This document shows positions 1-13,387 of a stretch of DNA of 64,000 nt, piece after piece (the first letter of the stretch is position 1; every line of letters starts with the position of its first letter). The notes under the pieces were generated by a model. The model was not told the DNA's origin. It saw nothing but the letters and a program-made list of their open reading frames with translations, and ran no database searches. The DNA lies in NCBI RefSeq assembly GCF_963921235.1, contig NC_086097.1:194620001-194684000 (forward strand). The letters are read 5' to 3'. This DNA comes from Mobula hypostoma (Eukaryota). Position numbers and translations under genes: made by a program.

Positions 1-206
1 AAATACTGGAAGAACTCAGCAGGCCAGGCAGCATCTATGGAAAAGTGTATAGTCGATGTTTTGGGTGAGACCAGTCCTGATGACGGGTCTCTGCCCAAAA
101 CGTTGATCATACTCTTTTCCATAGATGCTGCCTGGGCCTGCTGAATCCCTCCAGTATCTTGTGCATGTTGCTTGGATTTCCAGCATCTACAGGTTTTCCC
201 TTGTTT
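1..206. mobile_element. Inverted pair of Penelope-like pLTR fragments
   Basis: Bases 1-72 are an imperfect reverse complement of ~86-160 (cagcaggccaggcagcatctatgg / ccatagatgctgcctgggcctgctg). Both match the Penelope 3' end at 63500-63637. Confidence 0.8.
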
Positions 207-1789
207 GTGATTGGGATGAAGTACTGTTGCATTTAGATAATGTATCAGATCATGTCTCATCTCCTGAAACAAATTCCATGACAACATCACAATCACAAGA
301 ACTCCAAATGCCAGAAAAAAAAGTATACTTCAAAAGACTGATCTTTTTGAATATCATTGTTCGGATAGGTTTAGAAGTGAGGTTAGTTCTTCTAAAGGTA
401 GAGGTAGACAACTGGGAAATAATTGTCCCAAATTTGTTAACCTGAAGCAAGACTAAATCTATGGCTGACTGGCTAACTTGAAAAAAAAATGTTTTTTATT
501 ATTAATGATGAAGTAGAATATGGTATATTTCAATATATTGACATTCTGACACAAATTCAAAAGCAAGATACCTAACAAGCTAGAAATGTGAAATGGTAAA
601 CAGAAAATGCTAGAAATACTCATCTAGTTGAACATATGTCTGAGGCCTCCATTGATCAGGGTCGACAATGGATGTTGCATCCCAGCTGTCTAGATATACA
701 CGTCAGGGCAGTACAATATGGAGAGCAAGTTGTTGCCAATGTAGCAACTGCTTGGGTGCTAATCATATAATGTAGCAGCATTTTAGGTGGTTGTGAAAAG
801 CCATAACAGTCTCTTCTTGGAACTTTACCATGAATTTTCAGTCTTTGCAAATAAAACCACTGTTTCTTTGATATTCATCACTAAGTCATTTATTAAAGTC
901 TCATTATTGTATGAAAGATATCTGTCTACATGAGGGACTTACAAAATATATCCAAATGTAATTTGAAATTCTAGAATTAATTGTCAATAAACAAGAAAAC
1001 AGGTCATGTTTAAAGAGTTTTACAGGAAGGAAATACAGTATGTATTCCATTGTGAGACTTATTCTTTAATCAGAGTGATTGAAAATCTGGCTGAGTTGTG
1101 CCACAACAACAATCTCTTACTCAGTGTCATCAAGACCAAAGAGCTGATTATTGACATTAGGAGGAGGAAACCAGAAGTCCATGAGCCTGTCCTCATCAGG
1201 GGACCAGGGGTGGGCAAGGTCAGCAACTTTAAATTCCCAGATGATATTACCTCAGAGGACCTGTCCTGGGCCCAGCTTCTACGTGCAATTGCAAAGAAAG
1301 TTTGGCAGCGCCTCAACTTCCTTAGGAGCTTGTGAAGATTTCGCATGACATCTAAGACTTTAACAAATTTGTATAAATGTGTGGTGGAGATTATACTGAC
1401 TGTCTGAATCTCCAATGCCCATGAATGGAAAAATTTTACAAAAAGTAGCCCATCACGGGTAAAGCACTCCCCAACATTGAACACTGCTACACAGAGTGTT
1501 GTATTAGGAAAGCAGCAAACATCATCCCAGGCCCTGCTCTCTTCTCACTGCTGCCATCAGCAAGAAAGTACAGGAGCTTAAGGACTCGCACTACCAGGTT
1601 CAGAAACAGTTACTACTCTTCAACTATCAGGCTCTTGAACCAAAGGGGATATTTTCACTTAACTTAATTTGCCCAACCACTGAAATGTTCCCATAAATTA
1701 TAGACTCACTTTCAAGTACTCATCATCTCATGTTTTTGATAATTATTGATTATTTATTTATATATTTTTATTTTTTTCTCAGCTCAAGC

Positions 1790-4700
1790 TTGTAAAACCT
1801 GAGGTATGTACATAGCCAAACAAACTCATTTCTCGATTGTATTGTATCTTTCTGAAGATTTACAGAAATAATGCTGTGTAGGCCTAATTGTTTAATGCTA
1901 TTGTGTTGAGAATTTGGGATGATACCAGTTGAAGATACTACTATTGGGACAATGTATACCCAGTTCATGTTCCACAGTTTTCTAATTTCCTCTCTTAATT
2001 CAGCATATTTCAGGTGTTTTTCACTTCCTGATTTCTGTATTTTGTGTGTGATTGGAATGACTATATTGATTAATTAAATTGTTCTTGCTTGTTTATCCTG
2101 TAATGTTAGATCCGGTCAGAATTAATGGATTGTCCTATCTCAGATAATGGATTGGTCACAATATTATTTGTAAGACTCTGACTCTAAAACTGGATCAGCC
2201 TCATATTTATAGTAGGATATGGTGTCTTTAATGAGTTTGTATTCTGATTTGGTAAATGATGTTTGTCACTTGATTGTGTCTGTAATTAATTGAGTTAAAC
2301 TGCTGCAATTTCCTGTAAATCATTGGATTGGTTCTGATTTCTATTGACATTTTCTGTATTTATTATCTTGAATTTGCTGGTCTTTTATTATGTATACTTG
2401 TTAAGTATCTGGCCCTGTATTTCCATAAGGAACTCCTCAGTTTCTGGGAAGAGATCACCGACACTGATCCAGGCATTCAACGCTTCCTTGTTGGTATCTA
2501 CTGCTCAGATTGAGAGGATGTCTTCCATGGAGGGTGATGCTCTTTCATTGATTAACCTTTTTATCTATAGTGATAACTTCATTTCTCTGGGTTGTGTTTT
2601 CTTTAAGTTAAGTGGTGTATATTTATTATCAGAATTGCATGTGTACATGGAGTGCTGAATCCAGTTTTCATTAATGAAAATATATCTTTACAAGTTTTAT
2701 CTGACATCTGTCTGATTTTTTTTATGTCTGTAATCCCTCTTCCTCTTCCTGTGCTAGGTAGTGTTAATCTAAATGAGTTGGAGTGTACATAGTGTTTTCT
2801 AAAATTTGTCATTTTGTTTCTTATTTTTCTTTGTAGATTTTCCAGATCAGTTTAGGACCAAGATATTATGGCAAAAGAATATGCTGATAAAGGTATAGGG
2901 AATGTGTTTGTTGCCTTTGTTTTATTTTAACTGTTGTGCTCTCTTTGGCAGATTTTCTTAAGCCTTGAAGTAAATTCCGTTGGAAGTTTTCCCTTTAACA
3001 GACTATAATGTATTTTCTTTGCTTGTTGATGTCCCCAATCTTTATATGTTTTGCATTCATCCATCAGCTGTATTGTATCCTGTTGCTCTGTTTTGTATTC
3101 TACTAGCTCTGTTGCACTATTTTCAAAAATAATTCTACTATTTGAATTAATTCCTTTGGATTTACTAATGAAGGAGCATATAAGGTCAAATTGTTCATGT
3201 ATAGAAGGTTCGTAAAGGTATAATTAATTTGGTTGTTTCTGATTTGATACCCTATTTTCATCTGACTCAGCAAGTTAGTCAGTTTAAAGCTTGACAAAAC
3301 CATAGTAGATTTAAGGAGTTGCCCTGAAAAATACCTCAGTTTATTTTGATAATGGTGGTTGTTCTTTTTTGGTTAATAGATAGGGTGATTATACCTACAC
3401 CAATGCTTCATCAGATGTTGTAGGAATTTCACACGTGTTGGGTGTAGATCTTCTATTAACCATGACCGTGACAGAATCAAATGCTTTTTGGTAGTCAATA
3501 TAACAACATAAAATATTTTTGCTCTTCCATCAGGCTTGATTTAGAATTACAGAATCTATTATCAGGTGTTCTTTACATCTTTTCTTACCCTTATAGTATC
3601 CTTTCTGCTTTTTTGTAGGTATTTTATGGTTATCTAAGTGATGTATGATTAATTACAAGATGCATGATGTTATAACTTTATATATAGTTTGTAAACAATT
3701 AATAGGACTATAATGTATCATTTGTGATTTCTCCTTTTGGTAAGAGATATTTTTTACTTTCTGGCAAAAATGCAGGCACTTTTTCAATATTTTAAAGACA
3801 ATTTTTTACATGTATAAATAGATATGGATGAAGGCAAGTAAATTTCTTATACCAACAATTATGAGTGTTACTACTGCTGTTACTGTTCCATAACATCATT
3901 AGACCATAAGACAATAAGCCATTGGAGCAGAATTAGGCCATTTGGCCCATTGAGTCAGCTCTGCCATTCAATCATGGCTGAGCCTTTTTTTTTTCTCCTC
4001 CTCAGCCCCAGTTCCTGGCATTCTCCCCATAACCTTTGATGCCATGTCCAATCAAGAACCTATCAATGTCTGCCTTAAATACACCCAATGACCTGCCCTC
4101 CACAGCTGCATGCAGCAACAAATTACACAGATTCACCACCCTTTGTATAAAGAAATTTCTTGGCATCTCTGTTTTGAAAGGGCGCCCCTCTATCCTGAAG
4201 CTGTGCCTTCTTGTTCTAGACACTCCCACCATAGGAAACATCCTTTCCACATCTACCCTGTCTAGGCCTTTCAACATTCAAAAGGTTTCAATGAGATCCC
4301 CCTTCATCCTTCTGAATTTCAGTCAGTACAGACCAAGAGCCATCAAACATTCCTCGTATGATAACCCTTTCATTCCTAGAATCATCCTTATGAACCTCCT
4401 CTCGACCCTCTCCAATGCCAACACATCTTTTCTAAGATGATGGGCCCGGAACTGTTCACAATACTCAAGGTGAGGCCTCAGCATTGCTTTATAAAGCCTC
4501 AGCATCACATCCTTGCTTTTCCACTTGTGTGTATTTTTTATAACCCCCTTTAGTATATCTACTGTAACTTCAAGTGTTTGCACATTTTCAATTGTGTGAG
4601 TGCCTTCTTTTTCTTCCCTAATCCAGCATGCTTCTTGATTGTGCATCATCCTATTTGACCAGATATTAGACCAATATTTTGTTATCTCTTTATATGTTGG

Positions 4701-5545
4701 TCATTTTGTGCTAGGGTTTTTAACATTTTGGTATGTCAAGTTTAGTCTGAATGTCCTATTGTGTATAAATATTTTTTTCATTGTTCCTGAACTGTTAATT
4801 CTGTTTTCTTCATCTGGCACATTTCATGGATTTATTTAGTCTGGCAATGTATGCACCAAGCTTTTGTTTTAGTATATATGTAAATCTTACAGTGCTTTTG
4901 TTAGGTTGATTCTACCTTGTATGGGCCTTATATTCTCCTAGTATTTCCTTAACTTTTCCCTTAACTTCCTTGTTTGGGTTATCCATTTCGTACTCCATTA
5001 GTTGGGCTATTTCTGCTCTTAAGATTTCAATTTTGTTTCTTAATCTCTTCTGCCAATTGCGTTCTCATTTCATTACTCAGTTTTGTGTTTCTATTAATGA
5101 GATCCATTGCACTGCACTGCTGTAATGCTACACAGTATTATTGTGTGTAGTTCTTCAAATGTTTCAAGTTTTCCTAAGTATCGTGATAATATAATATTGT
5201 TGAGAGTATTAACAATTTTTGCAAATTCTGATGATAATGTGTTTTGTTTACCAATGTTGGGTAAGTGCATGTCTATTCTATTAGTGTGATGTTAAATATT
5301 AGGATAATTTTGACTGTAAGCTCAATTTCATCATCAGCGTTCTGTGGAGACTCTACATTTGTGTTGTTGCTATTACCATCAGGTTATGGAGCAGTTGTTG
5401 AAGCAACTCTATTTTCATCCGTTCTTCCATGGGGAGCAGGGGCGTTGCATCTACATTATTTTCTTGTGCAGCATTGGTGTGGTCTTGAGGTTGGTTTCTT
5501 TCTAGCTCTTGAGTAACTTCATGTTTCATTTGGTTTAACATGTCT
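1790..5545 (-). mobile_element. Decayed R4/Dong-clade non-LTR retrotransposon (RT + CCHC + restriction-like endonuclease)
   Basis: Minus-strand translation gives CYIDYQKAFDS (~3480-3510), RGIFQG (~3325), LLYMNNLTLYA (decayed YMDD), RHNQV, PDLTLQDK and KYAELREEIRKLWNMNWVYIVPIVVSSTGIIP. Many stops and frameshifts. Confidence 0.85.
3900..4520 (-). mobile_element. CR1 LINE 3' fragment nested in the R4/Dong element
   Basis: RPHLEYCEQF..ERVERRFIRMI and KGLDRVDVERMFP..NFFIQRVVNL motifs, followed by a CR1 3' UTR. Confidence 0.9.
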
Positions 5546-5598
5546 ATTTATTAATATTACTATTATTATTATTTCTTTTTGCACAGTTTGTTTTTGTT

Positions 5599-6640
5599 TA
5601 AGACCATAAGCTAGAGAGCAGAATTAGGCCATTCAGCCCATCAAGTTTGCTCTACTATTTCATCATGGCTGACCCACTTACCCTCTCAGCTCTAAACACT
5701 TGCTTTCTCCCCATACCCTTCATGCTCTGGACAATCAAGAATCTACCAACCTCTACCTTAAATATATGTAATGACTTGGCCTCCACAGCTGCCTGTGGCA
5801 ACAAATTCTACAGATTCATCACTCTCTGGCCAAAGAATTTCCTCCTCATCTCCAGTCTAAAAGGACGGTCCTCTATTCTGAGGCTGTGATCTCTGCTTTA
5901 GACTCCCCCACTACAGGAATCATCCTCTCTATAGCCACTCTGTCGAGGCTTTTCAACATTTGATAGGTTTCAATGAGATCACCTACCTCACTCTTTTTTA
6001 TTTTTTTTTATTTTTTATTTTTTTAAATTTTATTTTTATTTGGATAAGGAATTCACAAGTATCATGTACTTTTTCCACACTTATAACCTTTTCCATTTTT
6101 TTATATGTATAAAACTATAGTTATTTATACATTCTTAAGTACACATTGAGATGATATAAAAGGAAATTAGACACTTAAATAGATAATTATGTACAGTGGT
6201 AATTCTAATCTATTAGGCTAAGTAATGGTATTAGTCATTAAGAAACATGGTAAGAATAGTTTCCATAATTCTCTTCTGGACCATTTCTTCTGGTCCAAGA
6301 TGTTGTATGTAAGCCTATGTAACAACCACTGTAGGTGTTTATATCCTAACTTGTTCATGCTTGCTCCTGCCCCCAGACATAGTTATCCAATCCCTATGTA
6401 CTTATTTACTTAGTTTTATCATTTTTTATCCCTTTCCCAAATCTTTTCCTTTACTTGTGTTAATTCTCTATTTTCCAAAAGAAAACAAAAACAGTAAACA
6501 TTTAGACTAGGGGTGCTTACATTAACAATATTACTGTGTTGATGAGAAGAGCAGTATAAATCATCAGTATAATTCTAGTGAATACAGCCCCAGAGCTATC
6601 AAATGCTGTTTATATGACAAGCTGTCAAATCCTGGAATCA
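5599..6640 (-). mobile_element. CR1 3' fragment interrupted at ~5992-6570
   Basis: Similar to 3900-4400. The CR1 sequence resumes at aattctagtgaatacagcccc (6571). Confidence 0.8.
5992..6570 (-). mobile_element. Poly(A)-tailed retroposed insert (possible L1/Tx1 3' UTR)
   Basis: T-rich run at 5995-6040 corresponds to an A-rich tail on the minus strand. The insert cleanly interrupts a CR1. Confidence 0.5.
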
Positions 6641-6914
6641 GTTGGTTGTCTTTTGCATACTAGTTGTACACCCAGATGGTGCAGTCTTTCATTAATTCTA
6701 TTATGGTTATTGCATTTATTGAACATATCTGTAAGAAAATGAATCCTAGGTTTGTATATAATGACATGGACGCACTCTGATAAAAAGTTTACTTTGTACT
6801 TTTAACTTTGAACTTTGAGAACATCTTGGTCATTGAAGTAGAATAGATTGCAGATTCTACAGTGAAAGATTACAATGAGATTAGTGCAAGAACATGCTGA
6901 TTATTCCTTTAGGA

Positions 6915-8260
6915 ACAAGGTCTTAGTCTTGGCCTGAACCAATGACTGTTTATTTATTTCCATAGACGGTGCCTGATCTGCTGAGTTCCCCTAGCATATT
7001 GGGTCTGTTGCCTTGGAAATAAAGACTTGGATTAAGTTGTTCTCCTCCTAATACAGGTCTTGTGTTTTGAAATACCAATGTGAAATATGGTGAGAAACCA
7101 ATATACTGTGCAAAAATCTAATGTTGAGCAACACACAATATGTTGGAAGAATTTGGAAATTCAGGCAGCATCGATGGAGGGGAATAAACAGTCGACATTT
7201 TTGGCCAAAACCCTTCATTAAGACTAGAAATGACGGAGACAGAAGCCAGAATAAGATGGTGCGGGAGGGGAAGTAAAACATAAGCTTAATTTTATTACAA
7301 ATACAACATTGCACAGGACCATAGATTTGTTGATGATTTTGTAACAAACCTGCAAGGATTTAAGTGAAAGGTTTAGTTCTTGAGTCCTGTTTAGAGATTT
7401 GGGTCTAATAGAGAAAAGTCAAAATCATTCTGATCTTGACAATATTTTCATTTGGCTGTGATTAATGCTTGTGCAGTGACCTTTTCTTAGATTTTCAGAT
7501 GTTAGGAAATTATTCCCACTGAGGATATCTGAAAGGTTAAAGCTTATTTACACAGTGGGCACGGGGGCATGATTTGTTGTTTTATAATTTGTCTTAGTTT
7601 GAAGGATATTAAAATGAATGCCACATACCTCACCTCACCATGACTGAATTAATCTACATAGTACTTATGAATAAAAAACCAGCATCTGTTAACTCAGAAG
7701 TCTTGCTATAGAGAAGTGAATCTGGGAATGCTCCTTGCTGTGTAACACAATTCATCATATTGGAGTCCTGTTGTTTATATTATTTTATTTTTAAAATCAG
7801 TTATTAAAATGTACACAATTACCTGCGATTTTCTTAAGACTTGGAACAGAATTTGGTGGAACTTACTTTTGTTTTAATTTTGAAAAGTTCAAGTTTGAAA
7901 AATTAAAGGGTAGAGGTTCCAATTGTCAATTGAAATAAGAAGTTCAAGATCATACTAAATGAAGATTATTCAAACCCAGCATATGGAGATAAAGTCAGCA
8001 GAGCCCTTTGTCCCCAAAACATATACAGTTATATTGTGTATGTATTTGCCTGAATCCACCTGTCACTTTTCAGCTCTTGTTCCAAGCTTACCCTCCACTT
8101 TTTTAAACTGGCGATTTGCCACTTATTTCAGTTCAGATGAAGTATTTCAACCTGAATCGTCAATTATACATGTTCCTCCATAAATGCTGCCTGGACTGCT
8201 GAGTTCATCCAGTATTTTATATGTTGCTCCAGATTCTAGCATCTGCAGCCTCTTGTGTCA
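6915..8260. mobile_element. Three decayed Penelope pLTR fragments (~6915-7015 +, ~7128-7270 -, ~8130-8260 +)
   Basis: Contain tgcctg..ctgctgagttc and cagcatc motifs shared with the pLTR at 63540-63637. Confidence 0.6.
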
Positions 8261-8789
8261 ACACATATATTATGTGTGTAAGTTGCAGCAGTGTACTGTG
8301 GTGAGCAGCTAATATAGAATTGCTCATTATGATAATAAACTGTATGCACATATTCTATTTTCACTTGTTTTAAATGGGATAACACCGCATAAATAAAGCA
8401 CCATCATTAATTAAAAAAACTCCATCACATTAAGGATATTTTTACATCTGTACTACAACTATCATCTACATATGCCTGTTCTATCACTAAATCTGATGAA
8501 CCTAATAACCCCTTTCACTAAAGCTTCATTCGTGTACACTCCACAAACTGAGGATGTCTAAAATTATGCTGACTGTATCATTGCATGTTATTTATCTACC
8601 TGCAGATACAAAAACAATGTGCAGGTCTCATGACAAGATGGATTGAGGATCAAGAATGAATTTTTATCTGACTTAAATTCTGCTTCCACATTACCAATAT
8701 TTTCTTTCATTTGATGGAAACTTAAGGATGGGAAAACTCAGGAGAGATCTAAATTGGTATGAACAGTCCAAGTTGGTAGGTTGGTTTAT

Positions 8790-11070
8790 TATCATGTTGG
8801 CTGCTGGAGAGGAGGCTGTTTTTTTTTTAGCAATGTGCAGAGCTGTGTCCACAAATCTCTGTAGTCTGTCACAGACTTGGGTAAGTGCAATTTCTCTGCA
8901 AAACCTTGTTGTATCTGGATAGGATGCTTTCTATTGTGCATCTATTAAAACTCATAAGATTTAAAGGCGATGCCAACTATTTGTAGCCTCCTGAGGAAGT
9001 AGGGGCACTAATCTACTTTCTTGGCCACAACGCCAATGGTATATACTTGGACCAGGGCAGGTGATATTCATTCCTGGAAAGTGAAGTTCTCAACTCTTTT
9101 GATCTCAGCACAGTTGATGTAGACAGGGACATGCATAGTGCATCCCTTTCCTAAATCAATGACAAGCTCTTCTGTTTTGCTGACATTGATAGTGTGGTTT
9201 TACTCACGAAACCATCTCTCTAGGCTCTCTATCTCCTTCCTGTACTTTGACTGGTCATTATTGAAGATTTGGCATACTAAATCTACAAACTTATCAATGG
9301 AGTTAGAGAAGAAACTGTCCATTCTGTCTTGAGTGTATATGGAATAAAATAGAGGGCTGAAGATTTAGCCTTGTGTTAAGGTTAATCGTGGCAGAGGTGT
9401 TGCTGCTTGTCATTACTGATTGCCATCTATAGGTCTGGAAATGAAGGATCCATTTGCAAAATGACAGGTTTAAGCCCCAGGTCTAAGAGTTTGGAGATAA
9501 CTTAGCTTAGAATGACAGTATTGAACACTGAGCTGCAGCCTATATACCATATTCTAATGCAGGTGTCTTTACTGACCAGAAACACGAGAGATGAGTGTAG
9601 GGCAAGAAGACAGCATCTGCCATAGGCCTGTTTCTGTCACAGTCCGGTCCGTGGACTCCTCATTCTAGTTATTTCCTTTTCCTCATGTTCTGTTGGGCGC
9701 CTAGATTAAGGCACCTGATCTTCATTTCAAATCAGCAGCATAAAAGGCTCCGGGTTACAGCTACTCATTGCTGGACTGTCGTCGGAAGTTCGTCACCGGA
9801 AGCTAGTCATCTCAGCAAGGCGGTTATGCTTGACTCGAGGCTGCCGAGAATCGTGGACTCTAATTGCTTCAGTGCCGTGGCTGTTTAGTGAATTCAGTCA
9901 TTTTCGTGTCCGGCTGAGTTGCTGGCTGTTTTGCCGCTACTCCAAGTAAGATACGAATTCTGTTGTTTTCATGGCCGGCTGAGACTGGGTTGAGTCGGGA
10001 GCCTGTCGTCCACTGTTCCTGAGTCGAGTCAAGAGCTGGCAGTCCTAGTCCTTCCAGCTGAGTAGGCCCGGCCGATTGCTGCTACTTCGAGTTGGGTATT
10101 CTGTCTCTTTGTTGTCCAAGTCCTTCAGTTCCAGGCTCCTACCCGTGTTCCTGTTCCAGGCTCCAAGCCGTGTTCTGAGTCCAGGCTGAGTCCCAGTTAA
10201 GTTCCGAGTCCACGTCAAGATCCAAGTCAAGTCCGAGTCCAAATCCTAGTCCAGGTTTTACTGGTTTGTTATCCAACATTTATGTCCATGTTGATATTTT
10301 TGTCCTTGCTCCCTGGCCTTCCTAGTAACTATCAATAAACACTGTTCTCTTTATACTACCTCTGTTTCTGCGTTCTGCTCTTGGGTCCGCTTCCACCCCT
10401 GCTCCATGTAACAGTTTCAGTGGTAGGCAAAATGCAGTGGAGTGGTGCGTGCTATAACCAACCTCACAAAGCACCTCATGTTGGTGGATGCAAGAGCCAC
10501 TAGGTAGAAGTCATTAAGCCATATTATTTTCTTTTCCTTAGGTAATGGGATGATAGTAGTCTTCTTAAAGCAGATGGGAGCCTCAGACTGAAGAAGGGAG
10601 AGGTTCAATGGGTGGATTTAATGTCAGAGAAATGTATACAATATACATCCTGAAGTTCTTTTTATTTGCAAATATCTGTAAATAGCAACTAATCTCTGCA
10701 GCACCTGAGGACACAGCCAGGGACTCCATCCACACCAGGTACTTTCTGTGGGGTCACTATCTGGAAGATTGGTCTGATGTCTGTAATGGTAAATGTACAT
10801 TGAAGGCTGCCAGGGTGGGTTGTGACATTTCAATCTCCAGTTCAAAATGTGCATAGGATGTATTAAGCTCATCAGGAAGGGATGCACTGTTGTCATCAAT
10901 GCTGCATGACTTTGTTTAGTAACTCATTATAGCATGCCATGAGTGACAGCTGGTCTGGGACTGGTATTGTCGCTTAGCTGTCTCCAAGCATGCCTGATAG
11001 CTTTACAGAGGTCACATCTCAATTTCTTGCTTCAGTCAGTGTTACTTGAGTTGAATCCATGTTTCTGAAC
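8790..11070 (-). mobile_element. Decayed Rex1/Babar LINE RT region, split by a solo LTR
   Basis: ORF 10417-10608 reads NLSLLQSEAPICFKKTTIIPLPK..NDFYLVALASTNMRCF..PLHFAY. RT remnants continue to ~8800. Confidence 0.75.
9635..10413. mobile_element. Solo LTR (779 bp)
   Basis: Begins TGTCAC and ends TGTAACA, with a 5-bp TSD GTTTC at 9630-9634 and 10414-10418. AATAAA at ~10335. Interrupts the Rex1 copy. Confidence 0.85.
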
Positions 11071-11729
11071 TTTAGTAGGATGTGGATCTCCTGGTTATCC
11101 ATTGTTTCTGGTTTGGGAAAACCCGGTTTGAGTATACAGTCCTCTGCATATTTGCTGATAAAGTCTGTGACGGTAGTGGTTTTGATTCAGATTTATTTAT
11201 CACAGGTACATTGAAACCTACAGTGAAATGTGTTACAACCAACGTACCCAAGGATGTGCTGGTGTCAGCCCACACATCCAGGTGCCAACATAGAAAGGCC
11301 ACAGTGCTCAGCAGAAAATCACAGAACACAACAAAACAGAACATACCAAGCAACAACAATGAGAAAAGCCCCATACCTTCCTCCCTCCCTCCTACCCATC
11401 TGCCCACCCACACACATACACAGTCCTCTAATCCGAGGTCAGCCTATCACCTTTGGCCTCCAGTGGACTCATAGATTTGAAAACACTGGGTCCCAATTTC
11501 CCCAGAAAACTCAGAGATCTACAGACCCAGGCTCTGGCAATTGGGACAAGCTTTCTGGACTTCTTTTCAGCCTTCGGATTTTGGTCTAGATCTCTGATTG
11601 CCCTTCAGTCTTTGATCTTCTCTATTGACTCAGAACTCACAGATGATGAGGTATGAGGACACAAGATGAGAGCTTGAACTCCAGGCCTCAAATGCCAGAC
11701 TTGCTGATAACTGGACTCCGAAAATGAAG

Positions 11730-12322
11730 AGTTTGTATTGAGAGCATCCTGAGCAGATACATCATGGCCTGGTTCGGAAATTGCGCCACCTCGGATCGCA
11801 AGACCCTGCAGTGGATAGTGAGGTCAGCTGAGAAGATCATCGGGGTCTCTCTTCCCGCCATCACAGACATTTACACCACACGCTGCATCCGCAAAACAAA
11901 CAGCATTATGAAGGACCCCACGCACCCCTCATATAAACTCTTCTCCCTCCTTCCATCTGGCAAAAGGCACCAAAGCATATGGGCTCTCACAACCAAACTA
12001 TGTAACAGTTTCTTCCCCCAAGCCATCAGACTTCTCAATACCCAGAGCCTGGACTGACACCAACCTACTAAACCCTCTACTGTGCCTACTGTCTTGTTTA
12101 TTATTTATTATTATTTATTGTAGTGCCTGCACTGTTTTGTGCACTTTATGCAGTCCTGGACAGGTCTGCAGTCTAGTGTAGTTTTTGCGTTTTTTCTTAC
12201 GTAGTTCAGTGTAGTTTTTGTATTGTTTAATGTAGCACCATAGTCCTGGAAAACATTCTCATTTTACTGTTTTCTGTACCAGCAGTTATGGTTGAAATGA
12301 TAATAAAAAGTGACTTGTCTTG
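11730..12322 (+). mobile_element. Rex1/Babar LINE 3' fragment
   Basis: WFGNCATSDRKTLQWIVRSAEKIIG..DPTHPSYKLFSLLPSGKR..NSFFPQAIRLLN. The 3' UTR is homologous to 26935-27375. Confidence 0.85.
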
Positions 12323-13160
12323 AAAAGACTCAAACTTCAGCCTCACAGATGATGTGACCTCAAACATCCATCTTTGGTCTGACATCTGACCATGTCCTTG
12401 CCACTGGACAATGAATGTGGAGTGGATGCTTAGACTCCAGCCTGTCATCTGATATCCCCCACATCCCTGCCCTTAAAACCTAATCTGATGTCAAACACAT
12501 CTATACCTCCTCCCACTCTCCACTTTCCCTTGGACCCTGTCGGTGGCAAGTACAGAAATTGCAGGGATCCTAGCAGAGATATTTAAATCGTCTTTTGTGG
12601 TAGGTGAGGTACTGGAGGATCAGAGGATAGCTAATGTTGTTCCACTGTTTACAATAGGCTTTTAGAATAAATGAGGATATTACAGGTTCGTGAGCCTGAC
12701 ATCAGTAGAGGAAAAGTTATTGGAAGGTATTCAAAGAGACTGGATATATGAGTATTTGGACAGACAGGAACTGATTTATGGATAGTCAGTATGGCTTTGT
12801 GTGTGCTAGCCAATCTCAGAGCTTTTCGAGGAAGTTACCTGGAAAGTTGATGAAAGCAACACAGTGGATGTTGTCTCCAAGGACTTTGGCAAAGCTTGTT
12901 ACAAGGTCTCAAACATGAGGTTATTGAAGGCAGTTCAGTTGCTTGGCATTAAAGATGAGTTAGTAAATTGGATTAGACATTGGCTTTGTAGTAGATGCCA
13001 GAGAGCGGTAATAGATGTTTGTCTCTCTGACCGGAGGCCTGTGACTAGTGGAGTTCTGCAAGGACTGCTGCTTGCTCTGTTGTTTGTCATCTATAACAAT
13101 GAACTGTATGACAATGTGGTTAACTGGATCAGCAAATTTGTAGATGACATTGATTGGTGG

Positions 13161-13387
13161 GCCGGCTGGTGGCGTAGTGGCATCAGCACCGGACTTCGGA
13201 GCGAAGGCTCCCGAGTTTGAATTCAGCCAGCTCCCATGCATGCTTTCCATCCGTGCTGGGTTGAGCATTGAGCTAGCAGCTCGACCTCGTAAAAAAGAAA
13301 TTGCCTGCTACAGAAACATCAACAGCAAAAAGTTGATGGCCTATGCTCTCTCACGAGTTTAAAGGGCAATTTCCTTCCTTTTCCTTA
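13161..13387 (+). mobile_element. tRNA-derived SINE
   Basis: A box TGGCGTAGTGG, B-box-like GAGTTTGAATTC and a (TTCC)n tail. 8-bp TSD ATTGGTGG at 13153-13160 and 13388-13395. Confidence 0.8.

Larger units (their letters stand above)
1060..6820 (+). mobile_element. Rex1/Babar-type LINE 3' half, split by nested insertions (pieces ~1060-1780, ~5550-5598, ~6641-6820)
   Basis: ORF 1006-1335 has HNNNLLLSVIKTKELIIDIRR..SEDLSW..QRLNFLRSL (RT C-terminus). The 3' UTR resumes after the insertions and ends in an (actttga)n tail. Confidence 0.75.

Noticed and set aside
354..441. Possible terminal exon on the minus strand (acceptor-like tcttgcttcag; LTNLGQLFPSCLPLPLEELTSLLNLSEQ*)
   Set aside because: No recognisable homology and no partner exons that I can support.
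13161..13235. tRNA gene
   Set aside because: It is the head of a SINE with body, tail and TSD, and the B box is degenerate.
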